Shown here: in pieces, positions 40,886-50,304 of the stretch
Position numbering within the stretch: position 1 is the first letter of the stretch
Layout: each line of letters begins with the position of its first letter
Assembly (NCBI GenBank): GCA_027592745.1
Contig: JAQCLG010000002.1
Location: forward strand, 1 to 54,597
Length of the DNA stretch: 54,597 nt
Reading direction: 5' to 3'
Source: Pseudomonadota bacterium
Lineage (GTDB): Bacteria > Pseudomonadota > Alphaproteobacteria > SP197
The notes under the pieces: model-generated
Told to the model about the DNA's origin: nothing
The model's database searches: none
The model's input: the letters and a program-made list of their open reading frames with translations, nothing else
Position numbers and translations under genes: made by a program

Positions 40886-42187
40886 TGCCTTGCGCGCGCG
40901 GCGGTCGCGGCGTGCCGCTGCGGCATCCTGCATCTGCCCGGTCCAGTAGATCGCCTGCGCGGCGATCCGTCCGAAGGGACCTCCTGCCCAGTCCAGGCCG
41001 AAGGGTTCGAACAGGCGGTAGCGGTCGCTCTGGCCGCTGATGCCTTCGGCCAGCAGTTCCCCCGCCACCGTGGTCGTGGCCATGCCACTGCCGCCGAAGG
41101 CCTGGCCGTACCAGACCCCGTCGCGCAGCCGGCCGATCTGGGGCATGCGATGGCGGGCGTAACTCATGGTCCCGGTCCAGGCGCTTTCGACACGGGCATG
41201 CCCCCTGAGCTGGGGATAGACGGTCAGAAGATCGTCGAGCATCAGGCACGCCAGGCGCGGCGGCTCGGCAATGCGTGCGGTCATGCGCCCGCCCCACAGG
41301 ATGCGCCCGTCCGGCAGAGCCCGGTAATAGTCCCCTGCCCGACGGGTGTCGGCCATGCAGACCTTCTTCCTGATCGCTGTCGCCAGCACGTCCTGCGGGA
41401 TCGGTTCGGTCGCCATGACGTAGGTCGCCACGGGCAGCACGGCACCGGAGACATCGGGCAGCACGCCCAGGCCGTAGCCGCCGCAGGTCAGCACGACATG
41501 GCGGGCGCGCACCTGGCCCCGCCCCGTCACGACCAGCTTTTCCGGCCGTTCGGTCTCCATCGCCGTCACCGCGGAGTCCTCGAAGATGCGCACCCCCGCC
41601 GCCTCGGCGGCGGACGCGATGCCCAGGCAATAGTTCAGCGGATGGAACTGGAAGGTCTGATCGCCGTAGAGCGCATCGAAATAGACCGGCGAGATGGCAA
41701 ATTCCTCGGCGACCTGTTCGCGCGGCACGAAGCGTTGCTGGGTGCCGAAGTTCTGCGCCATCCAGTCGATGTAGCGGTGCAGGTCGTCGGCCTTGTCGGT
41801 CCAGGTCGCGACCAGCACCCCGGTGGTGTTGGGTCCGCAGGCGATGGCGTGATCGTCGATCCGCCGGCGCACCAGGGCGGTTGCCTGCCCGGTCAGGTCG
41901 TAGAGCGCGCGGGCATGATCGAGACCCAGGCGGTCGACCAGGGTCGAGAGTTCCTGCGAATAGCCGCGCCCGACAAAGCCGCCGTTGCGCCCCGAGGCGC
42001 CGAAACCGACCGAGCGGGCCTCCAGCAGGATCACGGAAATGCCGCGCTGGCCCAGGGCCAGGGCGGTGTTGAGTCCGGCCAGGCCGCCGCCGACGATGCA
42101 GACCTCGGCTTCGTGCTCTCCCTCCATCGGTGGGCGGTCCGGACCGGCCGTGCGGGTCCGGGCGTAGAAGCTGTTGGGATAACTCAT
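40871..42187 (-). CDS. FAD-dependent oxidoreductase (DAO family, PuuB/OrdL-like)
   Basis: ORF 40871..42295. The start is placed at MSYPNSFYARTRT (42187), overlapping the upstream paralog stop (ATGA). The FAD motif is VCIVGGGLAGLNTAL. Confidence 0.8.
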   Translation of the reverse strand: MSYPNSFYARTRTAGPDRPPMEGEHEAEVCIVGGGLAGLNTALALGQRGISVILLEARSVGFGASGRNGGFVGRGYSQELSTLVDRLGLDHARALYDLTGQATALVRRRIDDHAIACGPNTTGVLVATWTDKADDLHRYIDWMAQNFGTQQRFVPREQVAEEFAISPVYFDALYGDQTFQFHPLNYCLGIASAAEAAGVRIFEDSAVTAMETERPEKLVVTGRGQVRARHVVLTCGGYGLGVLPDVSGAVLPVATYVMATEPIPQDVLATAIRKKVCMADTRRAGDYYRALPDGRILWGGRMTARIAEPPRLACLMLDDLLTVYPQLRGHARVESAWTGTMSYARHRMPQIGRLRDGVWYGQAFGGSGMATTTVAGELLAEGISGQSDRYRLFEPFGLDWAGGPFGRIAAQAIYWTGQMQDAAAARRDRRARKASSAV

Positions 42188-43497
42188 GCCGTCCTTCCGG
42201 CGCGTTTTCGCGCGCGTTTCGTGGCCATGCCGTCGATCCCGCGCACCCAGATGCGGTAGGCTTCGCCGTAGAGCTTGCCCACCGGCCCGCCGCACCAGTC
42301 GAGCGTGAAAGGGCGGAACAGCTCCCAGGTGTCGCTGGTGCCGGTGATCGCGCCGGCCAGCGCCTCGCCCGCCACCGTGGTCGGCCCCATGCCCTGGCCG
42401 CCGAACCCCTGGGCATACCAGAGGCCTGGCCGCAGCATGCCGATCTCGGGCATCCGGTGGCGCGTGAAGGCCATGATGCCCATCCAGACGCTTTCGGCCC
42501 TCACCTCACGGAACTGGGGATAGACCCTGGCCATGTCGCCCAGCATCAGGTGGCGCAGATTGTGGGGCTGGTGCACAAACGCCGTGCCCCGTCCGCCCCA
42601 GAGGATGCGGTTGTCCTCCAGGCGACGGTAGTAGTCGAGGCTGAAGCGGTCGTCGAAGACCGCGCAACGGGTCTTGATCGCGCCCGAGACCAGCGCCTCG
42701 TCGACCGGCTCGGTGACGACGATGAAGGTCGCGATCGGCAGGAAGGATGCGCCCAGTTCTGGCAGCAGGGCACGGTCGTAGGCGCCGGTCGCCACCACCA
42801 CCGTCTCGGCCGCGATGGTGCCGCGGGCGGTGTTGACGAGCTTGGGCGAACCCTCGCCCATCAGCGAGACCACGGGAGAATCCTCGTAGATGGTCACGCC
42901 CGCGACCTCGGCGGCCCGCGCGATGCCCAGGCAGTAGTTCAGCGGGTGGAACCAGAACGAGCCGTGATGGCGCAGGCCGTCGAAGTACATCGGCGAGTTG
43001 ACGTATTCCTCGGCGAGTTGCTCGCGCGGGATGAAATCGTAGCGTTCGCCGATGTGTTCGGCCTCGAACGCGGCCCAGCGCTTGAGCGCATCGGGATCGT
43101 CGTGCCACGAACCGCAGACCTGGTCGCGCACATTGGGGCCGCAGGCGATGCCGTGCCTGGCGATCCGGTGATCGATGAGGTCGACCGCCTCCCGCGTCAG
43201 CTTGACGAGCCGGACGGCATGGTCGAAGCCGACCTTGCGTTCGATCTCGTCGAACTCGGCGGCATAGTGGGTCCCGACAAAACCGCCGTTGCGCCCCGAC
43301 GCGCCCCAGCCGACCCGGTTGGCCTCGATCAGGACGACGTTCCGGGCGCCCCTCTCGGCCAGTCCAAGGGCAGTGTTGAGCCCGGCCAGGCCGCCACCGA
43401 TGACGCAGACATCGGCCTGCACGTAGCCCTCCAGCGCCGGTCGGGGCGGGCTTGCCGTCCGGGTGCGGGCATAGAAGCTGTCGATGTAGCCGCTCAT
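42184..43497 (-). CDS. FAD-dependent oxidoreductase (DAO family), tandem paralog
   Basis: 437 aa starting MSGYIDSFYARTRT, with VCVIGGGLAGLNTAL. It is collinear with the downstream paralog. Confidence 0.8.
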   Translation of the reverse strand: MSGYIDSFYARTRTASPPRPALEGYVQADVCVIGGGLAGLNTALGLAERGARNVVLIEANRVGWGASGRNGGFVGTHYAAEFDEIERKVGFDHAVRLVKLTREAVDLIDHRIARHGIACGPNVRDQVCGSWHDDPDALKRWAAFEAEHIGERYDFIPREQLAEEYVNSPMYFDGLRHHGSFWFHPLNYCLGIARAAEVAGVTIYEDSPVVSLMGEGSPKLVNTARGTIAAETVVVATGAYDRALLPELGASFLPIATFIVVTEPVDEALVSGAIKTRCAVFDDRFSLDYYRRLEDNRILWGGRGTAFVHQPHNLRHLMLGDMARVYPQFREVRAESVWMGIMAFTRHRMPEIGMLRPGLWYAQGFGGQGMGPTTVAGEALAGAITGTSDTWELFRPFTLDWCGGPVGKLYGEAYRIWVRGIDGMATKRARKRAGRTA

Positions 43498-43507
43498 CTA
43501 AGGGTTC

Positions 43508-44551
43508 TCACGGGCAGGGATAGGTATAGCGCTGGTGGATGTCCTCGAGACTCTTGAGCAGATCGTCGGACAGCGCGACCTCCAGGCAGCCCATGTCGGC
43601 TTCGAGCTGCGCCATCGAACTCGCGCCGATGATCGATGAGGTGACGAAGGGCTGGCGGGCGACGAAGGCGAGCGCCATCAGGCCGGGATCGATGCCATGC
43701 TTCCGGGCGAGTTCGACGTAGGTCCGCGTCGCCGGCTCGGCATTGGGCGGGCCCAGGTAGCGGGTGTTCTTCGGATAGGTCGTCATCCGCGCGCCTGCAG
43801 GGCGGGCACCCCCCAGATACTTGCCCGACAGCGCCCCCGCCGCCATCGGTGCATAGGCAAACAGGCCGACCTGCTCGCGCATGGCGATTTCCGCACAACC
43901 GGCCTCGAAGCTGCGGTTGAGCAGGCTGTAGGGGTTCTGGTTGGTGACAATGCGCGGCAGGCTCATGGTTTCGGCAAGATGGAGGAAACGCATGGTGCCC
44001 CAGGGGGTCTCGTTGGAGACGCCGATGTGGCGCACCTTGCCCGATCGCACCATGTCGGCGAGGACCTGGAGCGTCTCCTCGATCGGCACGGAATCGTCGG
44101 CTTCGGGGTGGCGGTAGCCGAGCTGGCCGAAGGTGTTGGTATCCCGGTCAGGCCAGTGGAGCTGGTAGAGGTCGACGTAGTCGGTCTGCAGCCGCTTCAG
44201 GCTGTCGTCGAGCGCGCGCTCCATGTGCCAGCGGTTGAGCCGGGGTTTGCCGTCGCGGATGAAGTCCAGGCGCTCGTCGGGTCCGGCGACCTTGGTCGCA
44301 ATGATGACCTTGTCGCGGTTGCTGCGCGCCTTCAGCCAGGTGCCGATGACCCGCTCGCTGTTGCCGTAGTGCTCGGCAGAGGGCGGTACGGCGTACATCT
44401 CGGCGGTGTCGATGAAGTTGACCGCTCGGTCGAGCGCATAGTCCATCTGGCGATGGCCCTCGGCCTCCGTGTTGTTCGACCCCCAGTTCATGCTGCCCAG
44501 GCAGATCAGGCTGACCTTCAGGTCGGTACGGCCGAGGTTGCGATACTCCAT
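43508..44551 (-). CDS. aldo/keto reductase (Tas-like)
   Basis: ORF 43508..44641. The start is placed at MEYRNLGRTDLKVSLICLGSMNWG. The string FIDTAEMY is present. Length about 347 aa. Confidence 0.85.
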   Translation of the reverse strand: MEYRNLGRTDLKVSLICLGSMNWGSNNTEAEGHRQMDYALDRAVNFIDTAEMYAVPPSAEHYGNSERVIGTWLKARSNRDKVIIATKVAGPDERLDFIRDGKPRLNRWHMERALDDSLKRLQTDYVDLYQLHWPDRDTNTFGQLGYRHPEADDSVPIEETLQVLADMVRSGKVRHIGVSNETPWGTMRFLHLAETMSLPRIVTNQNPYSLLNRSFEAGCAEIAMREQVGLFAYAPMAAGALSGKYLGGARPAGARMTTYPKNTRYLGPPNAEPATRTYVELARKHGIDPGLMALAFVARQPFVTSSIIGASSMAQLEADMGCLEVALSDDLLKSLEDIHQRYTYPCP

Positions 44552-44646
44552 GACATCTCCAAGTGTGGTGGCCGGGCATTCTAGCCAGCCGCGGCCGCGC
44601 GCCAACCGCTTGTTGGCCCAGCCTCCTGCCCTTAGTCTCACGGCCC

Positions 44647-45852
44647 ATGAACACAGCAGCTCTGCCGCCCCTGCGGCTTCACCGCAACTGGCTCTGCGAC
44701 CGCGACGCGTCCTATGGCGCGGTCCAGCGCGCCGTGATCGACACGGCGACCCGCAAGCGCGCCCTTGAAACGATCAGCGCCTGGCCGGGCTACGCACCCA
44801 CGCCGCTGGTCGAACTGCCCTCTCTGGCACGCAAGCTGGGTGTCGGCAGGATCCGGCTGAAACACGAAGGCAGGCGCTTCACCCTCAAGAGCTTCAAGGC
44901 GCTGGGCGGGGCCTATGGCGTCATGCGCATCCTGGAGCGCGAGACCGGCGCGGCGATCGACGACATCATGGCAGGCAAGGTTGCCGACAAGGTCGCCGGC
45001 GTCACCGTGTGCTGCGCCACCGACGGGAACCACGGCCGTGCCGTCGCCTGGGGCGCCCAGCTCGCCGGCGCGCGTTGCGTGATCTACCTGCACGCCCATG
45101 TCAGCCCCGGCCGCGAGGCAGCCATCGCAGCCTATGGCGCCGAGATCGTGCGGGTTCCCGGGAACTACGACGACAGCGTGCGCCAGGCCGCCCAGGAAGC
45201 CGCAGCCAACGGCTGGATCGTCGTCTCCGACACGTCCTGGCCGGGCTACGAGGAGATCCCGGCCTGGGTGAAGCAGGGTTATACCGTGATCATGGCCGAG
45301 GCGATGGCGCAGCTCGGCAGCGACCGGCCGAGCCACCTCTTCGTCCAGGCCGGTGTCGGCGGGCTGGCGGCCGCCGCCATCGCGCCGTTGTGGGAGGATT
45401 GGGGCGCCGAGCGTCCCCTGTGCACCGTGGTCGAGCCCCACGAGGCCGATTGTGTCTATCAGAGCGCGGTCCAGGGCAAGCTGGCCGAGGGTCTGGGTTC
45501 GCTCGATACGGTCATGGCCTGCCTCTCGGCGGGCGAGGCCTCGCCGCTGGCATGGCAGATCCTGGCGACCGGTGCGGATGCCTTCGTCACCATCGACGAT
45601 GCCTTCGCCACCCGCGCCATGGCGATGCTGGCCTGGGGCAGCGGCAACGACCCGCGTCTGGTGGTTGGCGAGTCCGGTTCATCGGGCGTGGCCGCGCTGA
45701 TCGCGGTCAGTGAGAACCCGGCGACCCGGCGCGCGCTGGACCTGGGCCCGGACGCCGATGTCCTGCTGATCGCCAGCGAAGGGGCGACCGACCCAGCGAT
45801 CTACACCGACATCGTCGGCAAGACGCCCGAGGAGGTCGGCGAAAGCCTGTGA
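44647..45852 (+). CDS. dpaL: diaminopropionate ammonia-lyase-like PLP enzyme
   Basis: ORF 44563..45852. The start is placed at MNTAALPP (44647). Strings include LKHEGRRFTLKSFKALGG (PLP lysine region), CATDGNHG and GVGGLAAA. Confidence 0.75.
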   Translation: MNTAALPPLRLHRNWLCDRDASYGAVQRAVIDTATRKRALETISAWPGYAPTPLVELPSLARKLGVGRIRLKHEGRRFTLKSFKALGGAYGVMRILERETGAAIDDIMAGKVADKVAGVTVCCATDGNHGRAVAWGAQLAGARCVIYLHAHVSPGREAAIAAYGAEIVRVPGNYDDSVRQAAQEAAANGWIVVSDTSWPGYEEIPAWVKQGYTVIMAEAMAQLGSDRPSHLFVQAGVGGLAAAAIAPLWEDWGAERPLCTVVEPHEADCVYQSAVQGKLAEGLGSLDTVMACLSAGEASPLAWQILATGADAFVTIDDAFATRAMAMLAWGSGNDPRLVVGESGSSGVAALIAVSENPATRRALDLGPDADVLLIASEGATDPAIYTDIVGKTPEEVGESL

Positions 45853-47279
45853 GCGTCCCGCTCGATCTTGCGATCCGGGGCGGCACCGTGGTGACCGCTG
45901 CAGACATGGTGCGTGCCGACGTCGGTGTGCGCGACGGGAAGGTGGTCGCACTGGCCGCATCCCTGCCCGATGCCCGCGAGGAGATCGATGCCTCCGGCCT
46001 GCTGGTGATGCCCGGCGGGGTCGATGCCCACTGCCATCTGGCCCAGCCCAGCTACGGCGGCGTGAGCTGCGCCGACGATTTCGAGAGCGGCACGATCTCG
46101 GCCCTGTGCGGCGGCACGACGACCATCATGCCCTTTGCTACCCAGGCCCGGGGCGAACGCCTGCGCGACGTGGTGGATGCCTACCATGCCCGCGCCCGAG
46201 GCAAGGCGGCCGGCGACTACGCCTTCCATCTGATCCTCACGGATCCGACGCCGCAGGTGCTGGGGCAGGACCTGCCGGCTCTCATCGCCGACGGCTACAC
46301 CAGCTTCAAGCTGTTTCTCACCTACGATGGATTTCACTTACAAGACAATGAGGTGCTGAATATTCTTGAAGTAGCACAGGAGGCAGGCGGTCTGGTCATG
46401 GTCCACGCCGAGAACCATGACTGCATCGCCTTCCTGGCAGAACGCCTGGTGCGCCAGGGCAAGACCGCGCCCCGGTATCACGCCGATTCCCGGCCCCAGG
46501 CCGTGGAACGCGAGGCCAGCCATCGCGCCATAGCCCTGGCCGAGGTCGCCGCTGCGCCGCTGTTCCTGGTGCACGTCTCGGCGGGTGAGGCCATCGAGCA
46601 GATCGCCTGGGCCCGTGCACGGGGATTGCCGGTCTTTGCTGAGACCTGCCCCCAGTACCTTTTCCTCGCCGCCGAGGACATGAACCGGCCCGGGTTCGAG
46701 GGCGCCAAGTTCATGTGCTCGCCGCCGCCCCGCGACCGCGCCAACCCGGAAATCCTGTGGCGGGCGCTGCAGAACGACATCCTGCAGGTGGTCTCCTCCG
46801 ACCATTCGCCGTCCCGTTTCGAGGGTCCGGACGGCAAGAAGGCCCACGGCGAGCATGCACCCTTCACCGAGATCGCCAACGGCATCCCGGGCCTGGAAAC
46901 CCGCCTGCCCCTGCTGTTTTCGGAAGGCGTGAACGGCGGTCGTTTCGATGCCTGCCGCTTTGTTGCTCTGACTGCCACAAATCCGGCCAGAATTTATGGT
47001 CTCTATCCGCAAAAGGGCACTATTGCCGTCGGCAGCGATGCCGATCTGGTGTTGTGGGATGCCCAACGGGAGGTCACCATCACGAATGCCGATCTGCACC
47101 ACAACGTCGACTACACGCCCTACGAGGGTCGCCGGGTGACCGGCTGGCCCGTGCGCACCCTGCTGCGCGGCCGGACTGTCTGGAACGACGGCCAGGTTCT
47201 CGCCGAGCCCGGCGAGGGCCGCTTCCTGCCCTGCGGCACACCTGCGCCCGTGCTGGCACAACGGGCGGCCCGGCCATGA
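45849..47279 (+). CDS. dihydropyrimidinase / D-hydantoinase (cyclic amidohydrolase)
   Basis: 476 aa. The GTG start overlaps the dpaL stop (GTGA). Metal ligand strings are [19 protein letters not shown] and SSDHSP. Confidence 0.85.
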   Translation: MSVPLDLAIRGGTVVTAADMVRADVGVRDGKVVALAASLPDAREEIDASGLLVMPGGVDAHCHLAQPSYGGVSCADDFESGTISALCGGTTTIMPFATQARGERLRDVVDAYHARARGKAAGDYAFHLILTDPTPQVLGQDLPALIADGYTSFKLFLTYDGFHLQDNEVLNILEVAQEAGGLVMVHAENHDCIAFLAERLVRQGKTAPRYHADSRPQAVEREASHRAIALAEVAAAPLFLVHVSAGEAIEQIAWARARGLPVFAETCPQYLFLAAEDMNRPGFEGAKFMCSPPPRDRANPEILWRALQNDILQVVSSDHSPSRFEGPDGKKAHGEHAPFTEIANGIPGLETRLPLLFSEGVNGGRFDACRFVALTATNPARIYGLYPQKGTIAVGSDADLVLWDAQREVTITNADLHHNVDYTPYEGRRVTGWPVRTLLRGRTVWNDGQVLAEPGEGRFLPCGTPAPVLAQRAARP

Positions 47280-47737
47280 GCGGGTTTGACGAACTCACCC
47301 TGTTGCGGCCCAAAGACAACGGGGAGCAGCCGGCATCGCCCGAGGAGGCCTTGCTCGAGCGCGTTGCCAACGATCATGCCGGTACGCTCTATCTGGTGCG
47401 GTTCACCTGCCCGGAGTTCACCTGCATCTGTCCCGTGACCGGCCAGCCCGATTTCGCCAGGCTCGTCATCGACTATGTGCCGGGCGACTGGCTGATCGAG
47501 AGCAAGGCGCTGAAGCTCTATCTGGCGAGTTATCGCAACCACGGCGGATTTCACGAGGCCACGACCCTTGATATCGCCGCGCGCATCACGGCGGCAATCA
47601 CGCCTGTCTGGTTGCGTATCGGCGGCTACTGGTACCCCCGCGGCGGCATCCCGATCGACGTCTTCCACCAGAGCGGCGAACCGCCTGCGGGCCTCTGGCT
47701 ACCCGAACAGGGCGTGCCGCCCTATCATGGACGCTAG
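47276..47737 (+). CDS. queF: NADPH-dependent 7-cyano-7-deazaguanine (preQ0) reductase
   Basis: 153 aa. The start overlaps the hydantoinase stop (ATGA). The catalytic Cys context is [13 protein letters not shown]. The QueF motif is ESKALKLYL. Confidence 0.85.
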   Translation: MSGFDELTLLRPKDNGEQPASPEEALLERVANDHAGTLYLVRFTCPEFTCICPVTGQPDFARLVIDYVPGDWLIESKALKLYLASYRNHGGFHEATTLDIAARITAAITPVWLRIGGYWYPRGGIPIDVFHQSGEPPAGLWLPEQGVPPYHGR

Positions 47738-47741
47738 AATC

Positions 47742-48221
47742 ATGCAGAGACGCTCCTTCCTGACCCTGACCGCCGGACTGGCGCTGTTGCCCCTCGCCGG
47801 GCAGGGCGACGATCTGGTCGCGCGCATCCAGGAGGCGCTGAACCGCCTGGGCTATTATGCCGGCTCGGCCGACGGCGTCGCCGGCAGCCGCACCGAACGG
47901 GCGATTGAAGCCTTCCAGGGCGAATTCGGCTATCCCCGCACCGGCGTCGCGAACCAGGCACTGCTGGGCCAGCTCGATACGGCCATCGCCGGCGGCGCGG
48001 CATCGCCCGAACGCCTTCTGCAGCGCGCCGGCCTGCTGCGTTCCTACACCCGCGCCGTCCAGGAGGCGCTGCTCGCCCGGGGTTTCGACCCCGGTCCGGT
48101 CGATGGCGCCATCGGGCCGCAGACGCGCGAGGCCATCCGGATCTACCAGGGCCAGAGCGGCCTTGCCGTGGATGGCGAAGTTTCCCGTGCCCTGCTCGCC
48201 GACCTGCTCGGCCTGGGCTGA
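47742..48221 (+). CDS. secreted protein with two peptidoglycan-binding (PG_binding_1-like) repeats
   Basis: The start is placed at MQRRSFLTLTAGLALLPLAG, which looks like a signal peptide. The repeats are LNRLGYYAGSADGVAGSRTERAIEAFQ and LLARGFDPGPVDGAIGPQTREAIRIYQ. Confidence 0.7.
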   Translation: MQRRSFLTLTAGLALLPLAGQGDDLVARIQEALNRLGYYAGSADGVAGSRTERAIEAFQGEFGYPRTGVANQALLGQLDTAIAGGAASPERLLQRAGLLRSYTRAVQEALLARGFDPGPVDGAIGPQTREAIRIYQGQSGLAVDGEVSRALLADLLGLG

Positions 48222-48240
48222 CGGGGGTGCCCTCGAAGCG

Positions 48241-48888
48241 ATGACCGGGGATCGCCAGACCGCCGATACCGCACGGCCCGCCGCCAGCGAGCGGCTGCAT
48301 ACGCCGGCGGCCCTGAACAACCGCGAACCGATCCTGGACGTGCTGCGCACGCTGGTGACGCCGGGTCAGAAGGTCCTTGAGATCGGCAGCGGCACCGGCG
48401 TGCATATCGCGCATTTTGCCGCCGGCATGCCGCAGGTCCACTGGCGCCCGTCCGATCCCGACGGTGCGATGCGTGCCAGCATCGCGGCCTGGTGCGCCGG
48501 CCTCGAACCCAGCGTCGATGCCCCCCTCGATCTGGACGTGCGCAACGCGGGCTGGTGGCAGCAGGTCGAGGGGACCGTCGATGTGGTCCTCTCGGTCAAC
48601 ATGCTGCACGTCGCCCCGCCCGACGCCTTTGCCGGGCTGGCATCCGGAAGTGCGCGGCTTCTGGCCTCCGAAGGGGTTCTGGCGCTCTACGGCCCCTTCC
48701 GCTTCAACGGCCAGTGCTGCGGCACCGGCAACGAACGGTTCGACGCCATGTTGCGGCGTCAGAACCCGGCCTGGGGCCTGCGCGACGTCAACGATGTCGC
48801 TGCCCAGGGCGCGGCAGCCGGATTTGCCATGGAGCGGGTGGTCGAAATGCCGGCCAACAATCACATGCTGCTCTTGCGGCGGCGTTGA
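48241..48888 (+). CDS. class I SAM-dependent methyltransferase-fold protein (DUF938-like)
   Basis: The start is placed at MTGDRQT (48241). It has the SAM motif I VLEIGSGTGVH, and NREPIL near the N-terminus. Confidence 0.6.
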   Translation: MTGDRQTADTARPAASERLHTPAALNNREPILDVLRTLVTPGQKVLEIGSGTGVHIAHFAAGMPQVHWRPSDPDGAMRASIAAWCAGLEPSVDAPLDLDVRNAGWWQQVEGTVDVVLSVNMLHVAPPDAFAGLASGSARLLASEGVLALYGPFRFNGQCCGTGNERFDAMLRRQNPAWGLRDVNDVAAQGAAAGFAMERVVEMPANNHMLLLRRR

Positions 48889-49027
48889 GAGCCCGGCGTT
48901 GCCAGCAGGCATGGCCTTCTGGTAGTGCAGCGCCGGGCGTGCAGAACAGGGAAGATGGCCGGTGCGACAAGGCGGCTGGGGATATAGGGATGCGCAGCGA
49001 GACGCCAGGAAGCGTCGCAACCGCTCG

Positions 49028-49699
49028 ATGCTGCGCGGGCTGGTGCTGATCGCCATGATCGCGGCGATCGCGTGGTACAGCTTCATGCAGGGCCGCGACC
49101 GGGCCGAGGCGCGGATCGAGGAACTCGAGGTCCAGGTCACGGAACTGGACCAGACGACCCTGAGCGCGCGCGAGGAAGCCGCCTCCGCGCGGGCCGAGAT
49201 CGCCGCGCTGCGCAGCGAGGCCACCACCTGGCGCCAGCGCTACGAAAGCGAGGTGCCCCAGGGCGACAGCGCCGTGCTCTGGCAGCTCCTGATCCGCCGC
49301 CTCGACGAGGGCGTCGGGCCCGACAGGCTGGCCGAGGTGATCGAGCTTGTCGCCAACAAGCGCGTCTGCGATGCCGAGATGACGACCAAGCGGATCATCG
49401 TGAAGACGCATCTGCACGGCGGCACGGATACCGCCGCGAGCTTTGCCGACGGCCGCATCACGGTGGACGGCGAAGGCGAGGTCGCCCACGACGCCAACAA
49501 CAATCCGGTCGCCTGGTACGACCCGGCCAAGCCCGCGAAGATCAGCTTCGTCGAGATCGGCGGTGCTACCGAGGTGATCGAAGGTTACCTGCCGCTCAAC
49601 CACACCATGCTGCTGGGCGGCGACGAGTGGCGATTCTCGGTAACCGAGGGGCCACGCAACTTCGCCCTGATCAGCGCCGAGCGGTGCGACTACCCATGA
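49028..49699 (+). CDS. hypothetical membrane-anchored coiled-coil protein
   Basis: ORF 48962..49699. The start is placed at MLRGLVLIAMIAAIAWYSF (TM anchor). An E/A/R-rich coiled coil follows. No family was recognised. Confidence 0.45.
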   Translation: MLRGLVLIAMIAAIAWYSFMQGRDRAEARIEELEVQVTELDQTTLSAREEAASARAEIAALRSEATTWRQRYESEVPQGDSAVLWQLLIRRLDEGVGPDRLAEVIELVANKRVCDAEMTTKRIIVKTHLHGGTDTAASFADGRITVDGEGEVAHDANNNPVAWYDPAKPAKISFVEIGGATEVIEGYLPLNHTMLLGGDEWRFSVTEGPRNFALISAERCDYP

Positions 49700-50283
49700 A
49701 CAGGCGCCAGGTCGACATCGACGCCGTGCTGGACTTCTGGTTCACCACACCCGGCGATCCGGAATGGGCGACCATGCGCGATGCCTGGTGGGACAAGGAC
49801 CCGGCCTTCGACCAGGCCTGCCGCGAGGTCGGCATGGATCTGCATGCATGCGCCCTGCGCGGCGAGCTTGAGGACTGGAGCGCTGAACCGCTCCCGGCCC
49901 TGGCGCTTGTCGTGCTGTGCGACCAGCTTCCGCGCAACATGTTCCGGGGCGCGCCGGCAATGTACGGCAGCGACGATCTCGCCCTGCGGGTCGCCCGGCG
50001 GATCGACGCCAGCGGCTGGCGGGCCGGCTATACCCCGGTCCAGCAGCTCTTCTCTCACATGCCGTTCGAACATGCCGAACGGCTCGAGGAGCAGGAACGC
50101 CATGTCGCCTTCGTGCGCGACGAATATGCCGGGCCAAGCAAGGAGGATTGCCTGAAGGCTGCAGAGCGGCATCACGAGATCGTCGCCCGGTTCGGCCGTT
50201 TCCCCCACCGCAACGCGATCCTGGGCCGCACGACCACACCCGAGGAAGCCGCCTTCCTCCAGGAACCCAATTCCTCGTTCTGA
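49696..50283 (+). CDS. DUF924 family protein
   Basis: The start (ATGA overlap) gives MNRRQVDIDAVLDFWF. The string RFGRFPHRNAILGRTTTPEEAAFL is characteristic of DUF924. Confidence 0.7.
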   Translation: MNRRQVDIDAVLDFWFTTPGDPEWATMRDAWWDKDPAFDQACREVGMDLHACALRGELEDWSAEPLPALALVVLCDQLPRNMFRGAPAMYGSDDLALRVARRIDASGWRAGYTPVQQLFSHMPFEHAERLEEQERHVAFVRDEYAGPSKEDCLKAAERHHEIVARFGRFPHRNAILGRTTTPEEAAFLQEPNSSF

Positions 50284-50304
50284 CCGTGCCGGTGGCGGCC
50301 GGGG

